Assembly (NCBI RefSeq): GCF_006345805.1
Contig: NC_043008.1
Location: 30,938,001 to 31,002,000 of the forward strand
Reading direction: 5' to 3'
Source: Octopus sinensis
Lineage: Eukaryota
Length of the DNA stretch: 64,000 nt
Every line of letters begins with the position of its first letter. The stretch's first letter is position 1. Of the stretch, positions 52,516 to 64,000 are shown one piece after another. Both the position numbers and the translations under genes were made by a program. A model generated the notes under the pieces. It was not told the DNA's origin. It ran no database searches and saw nothing but the letters and a program-made list of their open reading frames with translations.

Positions 52516-52758
52516 ACTTATATATATTTACACATGCATGTATGGATACAGGACATCACCAACGGTTCAAACGTTATGAAATACATAAACAAATGGGTTA
52601 AATAAATAAGCAACGAGGAAATATGGAAAACAGGGCAAGTAAACATAGAGAATAGACCCTTCATCAGCTGTCGTCTGTCTATCTACTCCTCATTTCGAGC
52701 ATTCAATGCCAATATGAGTCTTCAAAGACAGTGCACGCGCGCGCGCGTGTGTGTGTAT

Positions 52759-53238
52759 TGACTGAAAATGAGTTATAGCACTACATTGCTTGAAATAAGA
52801 GTCAATGACCCTTATAACCACAAACATAGCACAAGTCTATGTACTGTCAGGAGAACCGCCACTCAGCGAGAGAGCATACTGAATTGGTAAGCCAATTTCG
52901 CTTGAAATTAAAGGTTATTGCGCCATCGCTTATTGTTAAGTCAAAGCCGCCTTGATTATTTTATAATTTTCACATTACCATTTTGCTAATTCACCCATTG
53001 ATTCTCTTTGTAATCTCTCTATACTGACAGGTTGGATTTGACTTGGCTATGAACAATGGAGTAGTACTACTGATGAGCTATAATTTCAAGCGAAATCGGC
53101 TTACCAATTTAGTACCCTCGCTTGCAGTGGAGCGGTTAACTCCCTTGTTATTACATATACCTGTGCTATACTTGTGGCTATAATGGTCTTTGACTCTTGT
53201 TTTTAACAATATAGGTACTACAATGCACCTTCAGTCAC
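52759..53238. repeat. Diverged inverted repeat (~155-bp arms, ~165-bp spacer), MITE/foldback-like
   Basis: TGACTGAA...AATTGGTAAGCCAATTTCGCTTGAAATTA is mirrored by TAATTTCAAGCGAAATCGGCTTACCAATT...TTCAGTCA. Confidence 0.75.
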
Positions 53239-53537
53239 TGTTAGTGGTTTTATATTGCGTTTAGCCACCTTTATTATTTATATATATGTATGTATGTATG
53301 TATGCATGCATGCATGTATGTATGTATGTATGTATGTATGTATGTATGTATGTATGTATGCATGCATGCATGCATGTATGTATGTATGGATGTATGTATG
53401 TATGTATGTATGTATGCGTATATATTACAGAAGAGCCATATTAGTAAAGCCAATGATCATACGCACCAGTTATTACTCGTTTATATTTCTTTTTTTGAGA
53501 AAAACTGTTGTGTATCTGTCTACCTGTGTGTGTGTGT

Positions 53538-53581
<44 letters not shown>

Positions 53582-53589
53582 TGTGTTTG

Positions 53590-53860
53590 GATGCATAGCT
53601 TAGTGGTTAGTGGTGTTTCGTGCATTATTTTCGATTCCCAGCCCGGATGTTGCGTTTTGTTCTTGAGCAATATTTCGTTTCTCGTTGCTCTGATATCACT
53701 TAGACATCTGATGTGTAGCACACCATGCACCAAAAAAGCAAGGTTGATTTAAGGAGGGAGCGAGCTAATGTGATCACTATATAAACTAATCACCTGTACA
53801 TGCTGTTCAGCAAGATATTACGGTGCCCTCGCCTGTCGCTTACAAAAGATGGGTTTACGA
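53590..53860 (+). mobile_element. tRNA-derived SINE, third family, diverged
   Basis: A-box-like TAGCTTAGTGG, B-box-like TTCGATTCCC, then TTCTTGAGCAA. Confidence 0.5.
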
Positions 53861-54109
53861 TATATCCATATATATATGTATATATAAATAATAATACAGG
53901 TTGGCTGAGTTTCACTAAAACTGTTTCAGAGACGCTCTTTATTGATGAACAAAACAATTACATCATGTAATTGTTTTCTTCGGGTGGATCAAGTGTAAAC
54001 ATTAAGTTTTAGGTTTTTTTTAACACAAATAGTATATAATGCGCACTGACCCTCATGTATGTATATATGTATGTATGTATGCATGTATGTATGATATCCT
54101 CACACAACT

Positions 54110-56460
54110 AGAGATCTCTTGTAAACTCTCTCTATCCTGGCTGAAAAAATTCGAAGCATTTCAGAGTTATACAAAAGAAATTTGGGTAACTGGTGTTACC
54201 CAAATAGCGAGCAGGCAGAGATTATCTAGACTCTAACCAAATATGTAACATAAGATAGACTGCAACTTTACAGAACACGGAACAAAATTTAAACTCAAAC
54301 CAAGGAATCAACATTACCGATCTAGATCAGCAAATATGCTCGATCAAACACAGTTTAAATCATATCTTGAATGAGAACCTCACAACCCAAAAATCTGGGT
54401 TCAGGTATTTGTTAAGGAACAATTTCAAAGCAAATATATATGAAAATTGGTTAAATTCAGCTCCAGTGATTCTTCCCCAAACATTTTAAACAAAATCACT
54501 CAAAAATGAACCGGAAGAACGAATGAAACTCAGAGGAAGGATGGTTGTCGAAAAATAATAAATGGAAATTCAACTATTGCATCTTAGAGCCGGCATAAAT
54601 AAAGAAAATGTCAAATTTGTTGACGAACATATAGAAATGTAAATTTCGAAAATGTCCGAAGGCATTCTTTTTGAAAACACTGTTAAACTCTGGAGAGAAC
54701 AATGTTTAAGTGAAGAATCGATATCGCTTTGACGTTGGGAAAGGAACGCCGTCCGGCTTATTAGATACGAAAAAGATCTTCAAACAGAAAATAATGCTAA
54801 TTTATTTCTGTGGAAAATTGAAGCAGACCAGTTTTATTCACAAACGATCAAACAAGCATCGAAAATTAAGAATTATACCCACCAAAGATTTGTAAGACAC
54901 AACCCCAATTTCAGGCTCTTCAATCAACAAAATAAACCCACTAGGAGATTCTTTAATTCCTCTCCCCCATATCAGAATACCTTTCAAAACCGGATATTTC
55001 AATACACACAAAGAAACTCTAATTAACACAGGAGAATCTAACTTAGACATGAACAGCCTCTATACAGAAATACAAATGGTAACAATTATTCCAGAAAATA
55101 GAAGGAAACGGAGATATGACCACAGAATTAGAAACACAACCAGAATAACATTCTCTTAAACCAACACGAAAAAGGCTTAAGATTATCTAATCCTATAGCC
55201 AAAATTAGTTCCTTCTACGGCCAAAACCAGTTTCATCCCAAAATCCACAAAATTAAAATAATTAATGATACTTGCAACGAATCACTCTCAGTCAGCACAA
55301 ATATACGCTTTCTGAAGGATCACAAATTAAAACCGATTGCAGCAGACCCAACTTGTGAAACTCACGGGCTTAGCAACTTCCTTGACATACTCTTGAAACC
55401 GCTCTTAAAATTGACACCTAGTTTTATAAGGATGGCCTGGACCTATTAAACAATCTCTTGCAAAAGGTTAACAGGGATACCATAGTCCTTTCATTTGATT
55501 TAATAAATCTTTATACCACCATCCTACACGGGTACAAACTAGAGACAATATCTTTTTGACAAACAAAATTCCCTGATGAAATTCTAGACCGAATTTATCA
55601 AAAATTCATCTCAGAAGGACTGAAATTCACCCTTCAAAGCTACTTAATTTTCGAGAAAAATACGTACAACCAAATATCTGGAATTGCGATGGGTAAGACG
55701 GTTACCCCTAAAATACACCAGCTTAGTTATAGCATATACAGAGGTACAAATGTATGAACATGCCAAAACAGAGTTCTATATCAACTTTCAAAATTATCTG
55801 GTGAAAATTTGGAAACGATGCTTTGGTGACCTACCTTATTCAATGGACATACAACTTAGATGAAATCAGTGATTTAAAATTCCTACTCAATAGCATAACA
55901 GTTTTCAGTTCCCCATAGAATTTGACCATAGCCTACTATCTTTCTTAGAAATTTTTATTATTAGGAATGACTCAAACATAGAAACCATCTACTACAACCA
56001 ACTATTGTCTTCATGCTACTCAAAACACATCAAATCCAATATTCCATTTAACCTAGCTGGAAAACTCTGAATAATTGTTTCCAGTCCGAATGTTCAAAAT
56101 AAAAACTCCTTGAATTAAAACAGGCATAATCACTACATGATGTAAAGTACCTGTCTACACTAATAGAGAATAGAACAGAATGCGCCAAAGCAGTAGACAC
56201 TGAAGAATTAAGAAAATCCAAACGCAGTTTAGATATACCCAATCAGCATTATCCATCAAAACACCGTTATTGAGCCAAGATCCAAAAGTGAAAAAGGCAC
56301 CTGAATCATACAAAATAATCAAATGCCAGAGCTAACTAAAGTCCCTAAAAAAAACTTACCTATGCGAAACTAGCAACAATAAACTCAACTCCAACAGTTC
56401 AAAAGTGTGACCGATCAACTTGTAGAACTTTATTGAGGATACGGCTTATAAGTTTTGACC
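54110..56460 (+). mobile_element. Penelope-like element, decayed N-terminal region plus RT
   Basis: Broken frames give PKIHK...LKPIAADPTCETHGLSNFLDILLKP...SFDLINLYTTI...YNQISGIAMG...WKRCFGD...LSFLEI...KHIKSNIPFNLA, ending near the Cys motif before GIY-YIG. Confidence 0.85.
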
Positions 56461-56774
56461 AGGACAAGTATTTTTATCCCCGTAATATCAGTGAACTTTC
56501 CAATGTTTATGAATTTTCAAATACTTCATGTTTTGAAATGATCTTAATGTTACATTTCTATAGTTTGCACGTGAGCTGATGTCGTTATGTTATTGGTATA
56601 AACTTGTTTAGTTTGAAGATATATCAACAAATGGAAAAGTGAAAATTTTATTAGCGGACTTAGTATGGATCAAAAGATATGTATCTCATATGTGTCCAAC
56701 TTTCGAACTGAGAAAGCGTGCATAGGATTTCAGTTATTGCACGCAATTCTCAGCATATTACGATCAATGATATC

Positions 56775-56972
56775 TTTTATCATTTACATTTTACTTGTTT
56801 TAGTAAACGGACTGCGGATATGCTGGGGCACCGCTCTGAAGGCTTTAACCGAGCGAATCCACATCGGTAATTATCTTTAAAGCAAACTACTTATTTCGTT
56901 GGTTGCTTTTACCGCACAGCTAAGTTACGGGGAGGTAAACAGCATTTGTCGAGCAATGGCGGAAAACAAACA
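56775..56972 (-). mobile_element. 3' half of CORE-like SINE
   Basis: TTTTACTTGTTT...ATGCTGGGGCACCGC...GCTAAGTTACGGGGA, reverse of the 41371 tail. Confidence 0.7.
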
Positions 56973-56980
56973 CTTTATTA

Positions 56981-57024
<44 letters not shown>

Positions 57025-57153
57025 GTAGGTAGGTAGGTAGGTATGTAGGTATGTAGGTAGGTAGGTAGGTAGGTAGGTAGGTAGGTAGGTAGGTAAATAG
57101 TTCCTTCAGTGGAATTTCAACATCAACAAGAGGATATTTTGCTTGTATGTATT

Positions 57154-57187
<34 letters not shown>

Positions 57188-57189
57188 TG

Positions 57190-57223
<34 letters not shown>

Positions 57224-57457
57224 TGTATGTATGTATGTATGTATGTATGTATGTATGTATGTATGTGTATGTATGTATGTATGTGTATGTATGTATGTGT
57301 ATGTATGTATGTATGTATGTATGTATGTATGTATGTATGTATGTACGTATTATGTATGTGTGTGTATGTATGTATGCATGCATGTATGTATGTATGCATG
57401 TATGTATGTATGTATGTATGTATGTATGTATGTATGTATGTATGTATGTATGTATGT
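56981..57457. repeat. (AGAT)n(AGGT)n then (TATG)n microsatellites
   Basis: Direct reading. Confidence 0.95.
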
Positions 57458-57459
57458 GC

Positions 57460-58768
57460 AGATTTGTACGTTATATGTATGTATGCTCATGCATATAGTT
57501 ACATATCTAGACATGCTCATATATATTTAAATGATAACCTTCTGGAAAGTTTTACAGATTTGTACTGCTCCAGTGATGAAATGGATCTGTAGTCTTCGAA
57601 TTAGCTTTCTCCTTCCTGGCTTTGAGAAGCCTAATTTCTCAAGATTGGTATTTAGTCAGTGTGTTATATATCTCAGGGCCCCAATAGTTACAGGTGTAAT
57701 CTAGAAAGAACAACTGCAGATTTCTCACTAGTTCAGTATAAGTGTTCTTTTTTCACTAATCTCCAGCTTTACGTTAACATACGCTGGGTAGTTAATTTCC
57801 ACAACTGTGCACAGTTTCTCTTCTCAATCTCAAATCATTATGTCAGATTGTGCTTAGATTTTATTAAGGTCTTCTCTGATACATTCCAACAGTATTCCTT
57901 TTTATTATGAGTGGCAATGGCTTCTACTATGTTTTTATTTCTTTGTCCTCGAAATTATCCTTCTGACAGATTTCATTATAGAGTGTCCTAGCTATAACGT
58001 CATGTCTCATCAGCAGATTATACCGTGATGACATTTTCAGACAACTGTTTATCATGCGGATGATACCGTCAGCGTGAACTCCACACAGTCTGCATCGTTT
58101 GTCACATTTTACGGCTTTTCCTGCATCTCTATCCCTTCTGTGCATCAGTTGATATTTCCTGTTCCTGTATTGCAAATGCATACCCTTAAAAGTGGAATGG
58201 GGTAATCCGGTTATTCGTCCATGATAAACTGCTTTGATGATCGATGTTACTATCATCACAAAGCTTTCTACTAACATATCCATGCATAATCTTCTGCTCA
58301 TACAGACTCATCCTTTCATCTGATGATATGTTGCGGTAGTGTCGTGCGATTTCTTTGGGCATCCTATCGGCCTCATGTATGCAAACTTGGTCAAGGGATG
58401 CACTTTGACACTATGTGGTTAAAAGATGTTGCCGAAGGGATATGATGCGACATTCGAAGGAATCTTCGATCGATGCCGCCTTGTGATCGTTTTAGGTCGA
58501 GGCGGTCTACGTCTCTGTTTATGTGGAAACTATGTGTGCTTGTTAGTATTTTTCGGGTTTTCACATCAATGGCTCGGATCTCATCAACCGTCCAAACAAG
58601 CAGCCAAAACGCTGGCATGATTACTGGCACTGCAAATACATTTTGGGCCACTGTTTTATTGAACGCAGAGAGTTCTGAGGTCCAAATTTTCTTTATTCGG
58701 TTATAATATTCTTTAGTGATACGTGTTTTGTTACAGGTGCCATTGTAAGATATATTTTCATCGACCCC
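57460..58768 (-). mobile_element. R4/Dong-clade (RLE-type) non-LTR retrotransposon, 5'-truncated and decayed
   Basis: KEYYNRIKKIWTSELSAFNK...FAVPVI...WTVDEIRAIDVKTRKILT...DVDRL-x-x-x-R-x-x-GG, and CRLCG...INSC...RHDVIA (degenerate CCHC knuckle plus RHD motif preceding the RLE). Confidence 0.8.
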
Positions 58769-59163
58769 TATGTATGTATGTATGTATGTATGTATGTATT
58801 TATGTATGTATGTACGTATGTATGTATGAACGTACGTATGTGTGTATGTATGTGTGTATGTATGTATGTATGTATGTATGTATGTATGTATGTATGTATG
58901 TACGTATGTATGTATGAACGTACGTATGTGTGTATGTATGTGTGTATGTATTATGTATGTATATATGTATATATGTATGTATGTATGCATGTATGCATGT
59001 ATGTATGTATGTACGTACGTATATGTGTATGTATGTATTATGTATGTATGTATGTATGTATGCATGTATGCATGTATGTATGAATGTATGTATGTATGTA
59101 TGTATGTATGTATGTATGTATGTATGTATATGTATGTATGTATGCATGTATGTATGTATGTAC
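58769..59163. repeat. (TATG)n microsatellite, degenerate
   Basis: Direct reading. Confidence 0.95.
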
Positions 59164-59330
59164 GACGGGACTCTTTCAGATTCCGTTTAGCAAGTCCATT
59201 CACTCACTAGGTTTTGGTAGATCCGGACCTATAATAGAAGACACTCACTTACGGTGCTATGTAATGGGAATGAACTCGGAACCTTGTGGATAGGAACCAA
59301 AGATCTCACCATAGAAACACGCCTGTGCTT
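59163..59330 (-). mobile_element. 5' half of CORE-like SINE
   Basis: CGACGGGACTCTTTCAG...TATAATAGAAGACACT...GAACTCGGAACCTTGTGG, reverse of the 41371 head. Confidence 0.75.
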
Positions 59331-59499
59331 AAACATATATATATATATATGTATTAAGCATACGTGTGTGTCTATGTGTGAGCGTATATGCGTGCTTATG
59401 TGTGTGCGAGCGTGCGTGCAAACGTGTGTGTGTGTGCGTGTGTATCAGTCATTATGATTTTTTGTGCAATATTTTATGAAATCGTTGGTTATGCCGTCG

Positions 59500-59853
59500 A
59501 ACGTCTATTATTATTCTTAGCGATATAGCCAGCCCGCGGATCCACTGGCCTGAGACACATAATCTCTTTACAAATGGAGGTAAAAATACAATGTTGGTCA
59601 GCCTGGTGGTAAATAAAACTCCCTGAAATGAAATTCTTCGAAGCGAAACCCCCTTTTGCGAGAGACGGAATCATCTCCCTTTAAATGGTTCTAGTGTCAG
59701 AAAAGGGTCAGTTTATGTATGCTTTTCATTTAGCAGTTAGCAAGCCCATGATCACAAAACGAATTTTCTACCTCAATTAGTAACGAACCCTTTGTGTCTC
59801 CGGCCGGCGGGTTTACCGAGTAACCTGTATTGCTAAGACCAATAATAGACGTT
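59500..59853. mobile_element. Putative MITE with 29-bp imperfect TIRs
   Basis: AACGTCTATTATTATTCTTAGCGATATAG at 59500 versus CTGTATTGCTAAGACCAATAATAGACGTT ending at 59853. No clear TSD. Confidence 0.5.
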
Positions 59854-59854
59854 A

Positions 59855-60016
59855 GCCACTACAGACATTTTTTTCTCTCCTTGTTTTTTGTGTCCCTTTA
59901 TGTAGAAGAGCGTAGGCTCGAAACGTAAAAGACTTTTTCCATTCCTGAGCGTTATACTAATACATTTGTTTGTTTTGTACACCACCTGTTTTCTTTTTTT
60001 TTTCGTAAACTCTCCG

Positions 60017-60022
<6 letters not shown>
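59855..60022 (+). mobile_element. PLE-like 3' end with hammerhead-like motif (family of 19490)
   Basis: TGTAGA-A-GAGC-GTAG-GCTC-GAAAC-GTA-AAAGA. Colinear with 19490-19672. Confidence 0.55.
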
Positions 60023-60049
<27 letters not shown>

Positions 60050-60056
60050 ATGTATA

Positions 60057-60324
60057 AGTTGTTTGTTCCTTATTGAGCCATGCCTGGCTCATAATGGCCG
60101 GTACAGGTCCCCCACCTGGACGGGACGCCGATCCGTCGCAGGTGAGCTGCGAGAGGCAGGAGGAAAGTTGTGGCAAAAGAGACAGCAGAAGTTCACCATT
60201 ACCTTCTGCTGGAGCAGCGTTCAGCTTATGTTTCGCTCATAAACACACACATCACCCGGTCTGAGCTCGAATCCGCGATCCCTCGACCGCGAGTCCACAT
60301 CTCTAACCACTAGGACATGTGCCT

Positions 60325-60326
<2 letters not shown>
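60057..60326 (-). mobile_element. tRNA-derived SINE with V-domain-like segment
   Basis: The - strand gives GGAGGCACATGTCCTAGTGGTTAG (A box), GGATTCGAGC (B box), CCTGCGACGGATCGGCGTCCCGTCCAGG (resembles the V-SINE domain) and an AACAAACAAC tail. Confidence 0.7.
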
Positions 60327-60377
<51 letters not shown>

Positions 60378-60828
60378 GCAGGCATTCGTCGTGACAAGAC
60401 GTACTTTTCATAGCTCCGGTGAAAGTCAGTAGCCAAAGAAGCATATTTCAACTCAAGCCAGCAGAAACTCTCCTTGCTTTAGTCCTAGTACTTTTGAATT
60501 GTTCAATTCTACTATTCTACTCTTTTACTATCATCGGAGGATAAATTTATACAAAACTATATACAACCTGGAGAAAGAAATATAAACCAAAACTAAACCC
60601 AAGTCTAGTTCTAAAACTAGTCCCGTGAGTACAATTCTTTATCCCTGATCTGTATTAAACTCACCGCTCATCCTGATTTGTACTAAATACACTGAACTCT
60701 CCCACACACACCCAGATATAGCCACGCATTTCCAAATATATCGACACAAACTTTTCAACGGTGTATTCACTATTATACATCAAGCCATCAATAACTAAAG
60801 TATAGTGTATAATCCTGCCCCACTGAAT

Positions 60829-62267
60829 ATGGCCAATAATATTCAAAAACGCCACTGGGTTGAAAATGAAATCACTGCAATGATAAACGCTTGGTACACT
60901 CACCACAATGAAGCTAATGTTTACAGTAAAATAGCTGAAAAATTAGCAAAACAATCCTTTCACAGACCTGTAAAACAGATCGAAAATAAAATAAAAGAAA
61001 TTGTAAGAATGTTTCCTATTTTCCACACGCACATGGCAACACTAGAAGCCATCCTTGTCAATGAATGTAGTGCACCAAATGACCCAACTCCAACAGGTCA
61101 GGGGTCACTTCAACGACCCGATAGCCAGCAACAAACATTTGACCTCATTCCACCCATTCCACAGGACTCATTATCACAACAGCAGCTGCCTGCTTCTGCT
61201 ACTACAGTACCTGACCCGATTCCACCTAGCCCTGCTGTTGCAAGTCAAGTTTCACTGCTGCTACAACAACAACAACACTCTGCTACTGCTACTACAGCCA
61301 GAATAGAAAAATCACCACTACACCCATATCAAACACCCTGCCGTTACTATTCTCAAGGCAACTGTAGATTTGGCCCCAGCGGCACCAACAACAAGGGACG
61401 CTGTGCTTTTTTCCATCCTACCTTATGTCGTAGACTTGTTAAGGGCACCTGTCCATATGGTATAACGGGAAAAACTGCCCTTATCTCCACCCCAAATACT
61501 GTCCTAAATACAGAGTCCATGGTCCTGATCCCAAATATGGATGCACAAAAGGCAATGGATGCACCTTCTTCCATCCTAAACTGTGCCAAACTTCTGTGTC
61601 ACTAAGAATGTGCCTGAACCCGGAATGCAACCACCACCATCTGAAGGGTACAAAACGATCGCAAAATAAATATAAACAGCAACAGAGGAGATCTTCGACA
61701 ACAATAAAAACAAAATACAACCACGTTTCCCCTCCTACAATCAAACAACGAAGACAGAACTATGAAAAAACCATAACACCAAATAACATAAACATGAAAT
61801 ATGTATCCTCTGACCAAGTGGCAAACCAAAGAGGTAACTCTTTTTTACTGACCTACCTAGAAAATATGAAGGCCGACCTAAGCCAGGAGATCCAACGAGC
61901 TATCAGCAACTACCCATGCAAATCACAAGGACCACACACCCACTACCAACAAGAAAATCACACACACACACAGCTCCATACAAGAACTAGCCACATTGTT
62001 ACCACTGAACAACATAAAACACAACTTAGAACAATGCAAACATCAAACTTCCCTTTCGACATTCCTGTTAAATGTACGTGGCATCAACCCATCAATTATT
62101 GCCCAAAAATGGAAGATCCCATATATAGAGAGTTGGCTTGCCGAAACAGCACGTTGCTTCCCTTTCTTTATCCTTACCGAGACTCACCTGAACAACACCC
62201 ATATGGACGCCGAAGGGAAAATAAAAGATTTCACCATTGTTCGTGCGAATCGCACAGACCGAAATAA
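60829..62267 (+). pseudogene. LINE ORF1: Myb/SANT(trihelix)-like N-terminus, P/Q-rich linker, four CCCH zinc fingers; one frameshift at ~61470
   Basis: ATG at 60829. RHWVENEITAMINAW...VYSKIAEKLAKQSFHRPVKQIENKIKEI. A -1 shift in GGGAAAAAC joins the 60805 and 61596 ORFs and restores four C-C-C-x3-H repeats. The true stop is uncertain. Confidence 0.75.
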
Positions 62268-64000
62268 GGGGGGGGGCCGACAGCCATCTTTATCCATGAC
62301 TCCTTTTCACTTGATGCCAAGGACATATTTTCCAATGGCTATTGTGAATCTGTATCACTATTCAGCAAGGCCAAGGACATAATCATTGTTGGTCTTTACA
62401 GGCCTCCCCAAGCACCTCTAAAGTGCTTTGAAGAGTGCCTTAGCAAAGTCAAGTCCTTCCTTCGGAAGTACAACTCCGGAAACATACTAGTGATGGGTGA
62501 TTTTAACCTCCCTCATGTGAACTGGCCCACAAATACTCTGGAGTTAGGCAAATGCTCTACATTAGATAGAGCAGCAGCAGAACTGCTCTTTAATCTGATG
62601 GATGAATACTTCCTGACTCAGCTAGTGCTCGAACCAACGAGACAAAATAAAACGATCTTGGATCTGGTATTGACCAATCACTCTAGCGTCGTTCACAGTT
62701 TTTCAGTTGAAAAAACTCTCAACTCAGACAACGACATGGTACTCTGCAATTTTAATTCCCGACATATAAAAACCAAACCAGCCAATCCCCCTCCATGGCA
62801 CTCATTTGACAACATAAACTTCCACAAAACGGACTAGGGAACAATCAGAAAGGATCTGTCTTTCATCGACTGGTCTTTTACTCTCAATTCCACCGATATT
62901 GAGACCGCATGGCAGCACTTTGAAAACATTGTCACCTATACATGCTCTAAACACGCTCCCACGAAATCTACTAACACAAACAGAAACCGGCTCCCTAAAA
63001 AGAAAAAAACACTCATCAGGCGCATCAAAAGACTCAACAAAAAAAATCAACAAATTAAAATATTCCCACATACAACATCCACATTCAACAACAATGAAAA
63101 GGCTAGAGCTGGAAAAACTTCATCTGCAGAACGACATGAAAACTTCCATTGAAAATCAAAGAGCTGTGGAGGAACAGTGGGTGATCAAAAACATCAAACA
63201 GAACCCAAAAGTGTTCTATGCTTATGCAAATAAGCATAGAACCACTGTCTCACCCATTGGGCCATTGATTGATGATAACGACATTCCCCAACACGATGCT
63301 AAAGAATTGGCAGAAATACTGCAGAAACAATACTGCTCTGTCTTTAGTGTTCCCACTGATATTGACGTAAGAGAAGCGAACGAAGTTGACTCTCTACAAA
63401 AAATCTCAGACATAACCTTCACTGCCACTGACATCATAGCAGCAATAAATGAGGTCAAATACTACTCTGCTGTAGGCCCTGATAGATTCCCCGCTAGTCT
63501 CCTGAAGGAATGTAGACATCAACTTGCAGTCCCTCTGACCAACCTCTGGAGAAATTCGTTAGACGCAGGTTATATACCGAAACAGTTTCTATCCCAGTCA
63601 GTCATCCCGATTTTCAAACAGGGGAACAGATCCCTCGCACTCAACTATTGCCCAATCTCACTCACCTCCCACATCATCAAAGTGTTTGAAAGAGTGTTAA
63701 GATCAAGGATAGCTGACTTCCTGGAGACCCACAAACTCCTAAATGCAAATCAGCATGGCTTTCTCTGTGGCAGGAACTGTCTAACACAGCTCTTACACCA
63801 CACTGAAGATGTACTCAAAGCCTTGGGAACAGGTTCGAACTCTGATGTCATATACCTTGACTTCAGTAAAGCGTTCGACAGGGTAGACCATAATATCCTA
63901 CTCTCAAAATTGGCAAATGTTGGAATCCGTGGAAAAGTTCTACACTGGATCAAGTATTTCCTGGCGAATAGAACACAACATGTTGTAGTTGATGGAGTCC
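61996..64000 (+). pseudogene. LINE ORF2 (APE endonuclease + RT), partial
   Basis: LLNVRGI, LTETHL, YRPP, MGDFNLP, LDLVLT, SDNDMV; GPDRFP, PISLTS, QHGF, YLDFSKAFDRVDH. Frameshifts at the G9 run (62268-76) and A8 run (63039-46). TAG at 62835-37. Confidence 0.93.

Larger units (their letters stand above)
60374..64000 (+). mobile_element. CR1-group LINE, young, near full length, continues beyond the window
   Basis: Putative 5' UTR starts right after (TA)n, followed by ORF1 and then ORF2 with APE endonuclease and RT. Only a few lesions. Confidence 0.92.

Noticed and set aside
58391-59203. 270-aa ORF fusing HTYI repeats to an RT-thumb region
   Set aside because: A chance in-frame junction of SINE remnant, microsatellite and truncated R4 fragment, not a gene.
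60374-60402. Inr/DPE-like internal promoter (TCAG...AGACGT) at the LINE 5' end
   Set aside because: Spacing is shorter than the canonical +28 to +33 DPE position, and the true 5' end is unverified.

Overview
This is AT-rich, microsatellite-dense eukaryotic DNA made almost entirely of decayed transposable elements. I found no supportable host gene exon, rRNA, genuine tRNA or CRISPR array. The SINE families and repeat landscape most resemble an Octopus-like coleoid cephalopod (inference from recognition, not a search). Recognisable elements: a two-LTR Ty3/Gypsy pseudo-element (3023-7647, -), a full-span Helitron (30663-38546, +), several Tc1/mariner and Tigger relics and MITEs, and CR1-group LINEs. 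One CR1-group LINE is young, near full length, runs off the window end, and has an unusual ORF1 (Myb/SANT-like domain plus four CCCH fingers). There are also RTE, Tx1 and R4/Dong LINE fragments, many tRNA-derived SINEs, and numerous Penelope-like (PLE) fragments. The recurring theme is PLE-type 3' ends carrying minimal hammerhead-ribozyme-like motifs, together with fold-back palindromes. Top leads: (i) a TSD-flanked element fusing a Pol III tRNA-like head to a hammerhead-bearing PLE-like tail; (ii) a fold-back whose turning point coincides with a predicted ribozyme cleavage site; (iii) a 245-bp almost perfect inverted duplication capped by foreign sequence inside the Helitron; (iv) the LINE ORF1 architecture. 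Most ORF-track entries are microsatellite artefacts. Boundaries of degraded elements are approximate and were read by eye.
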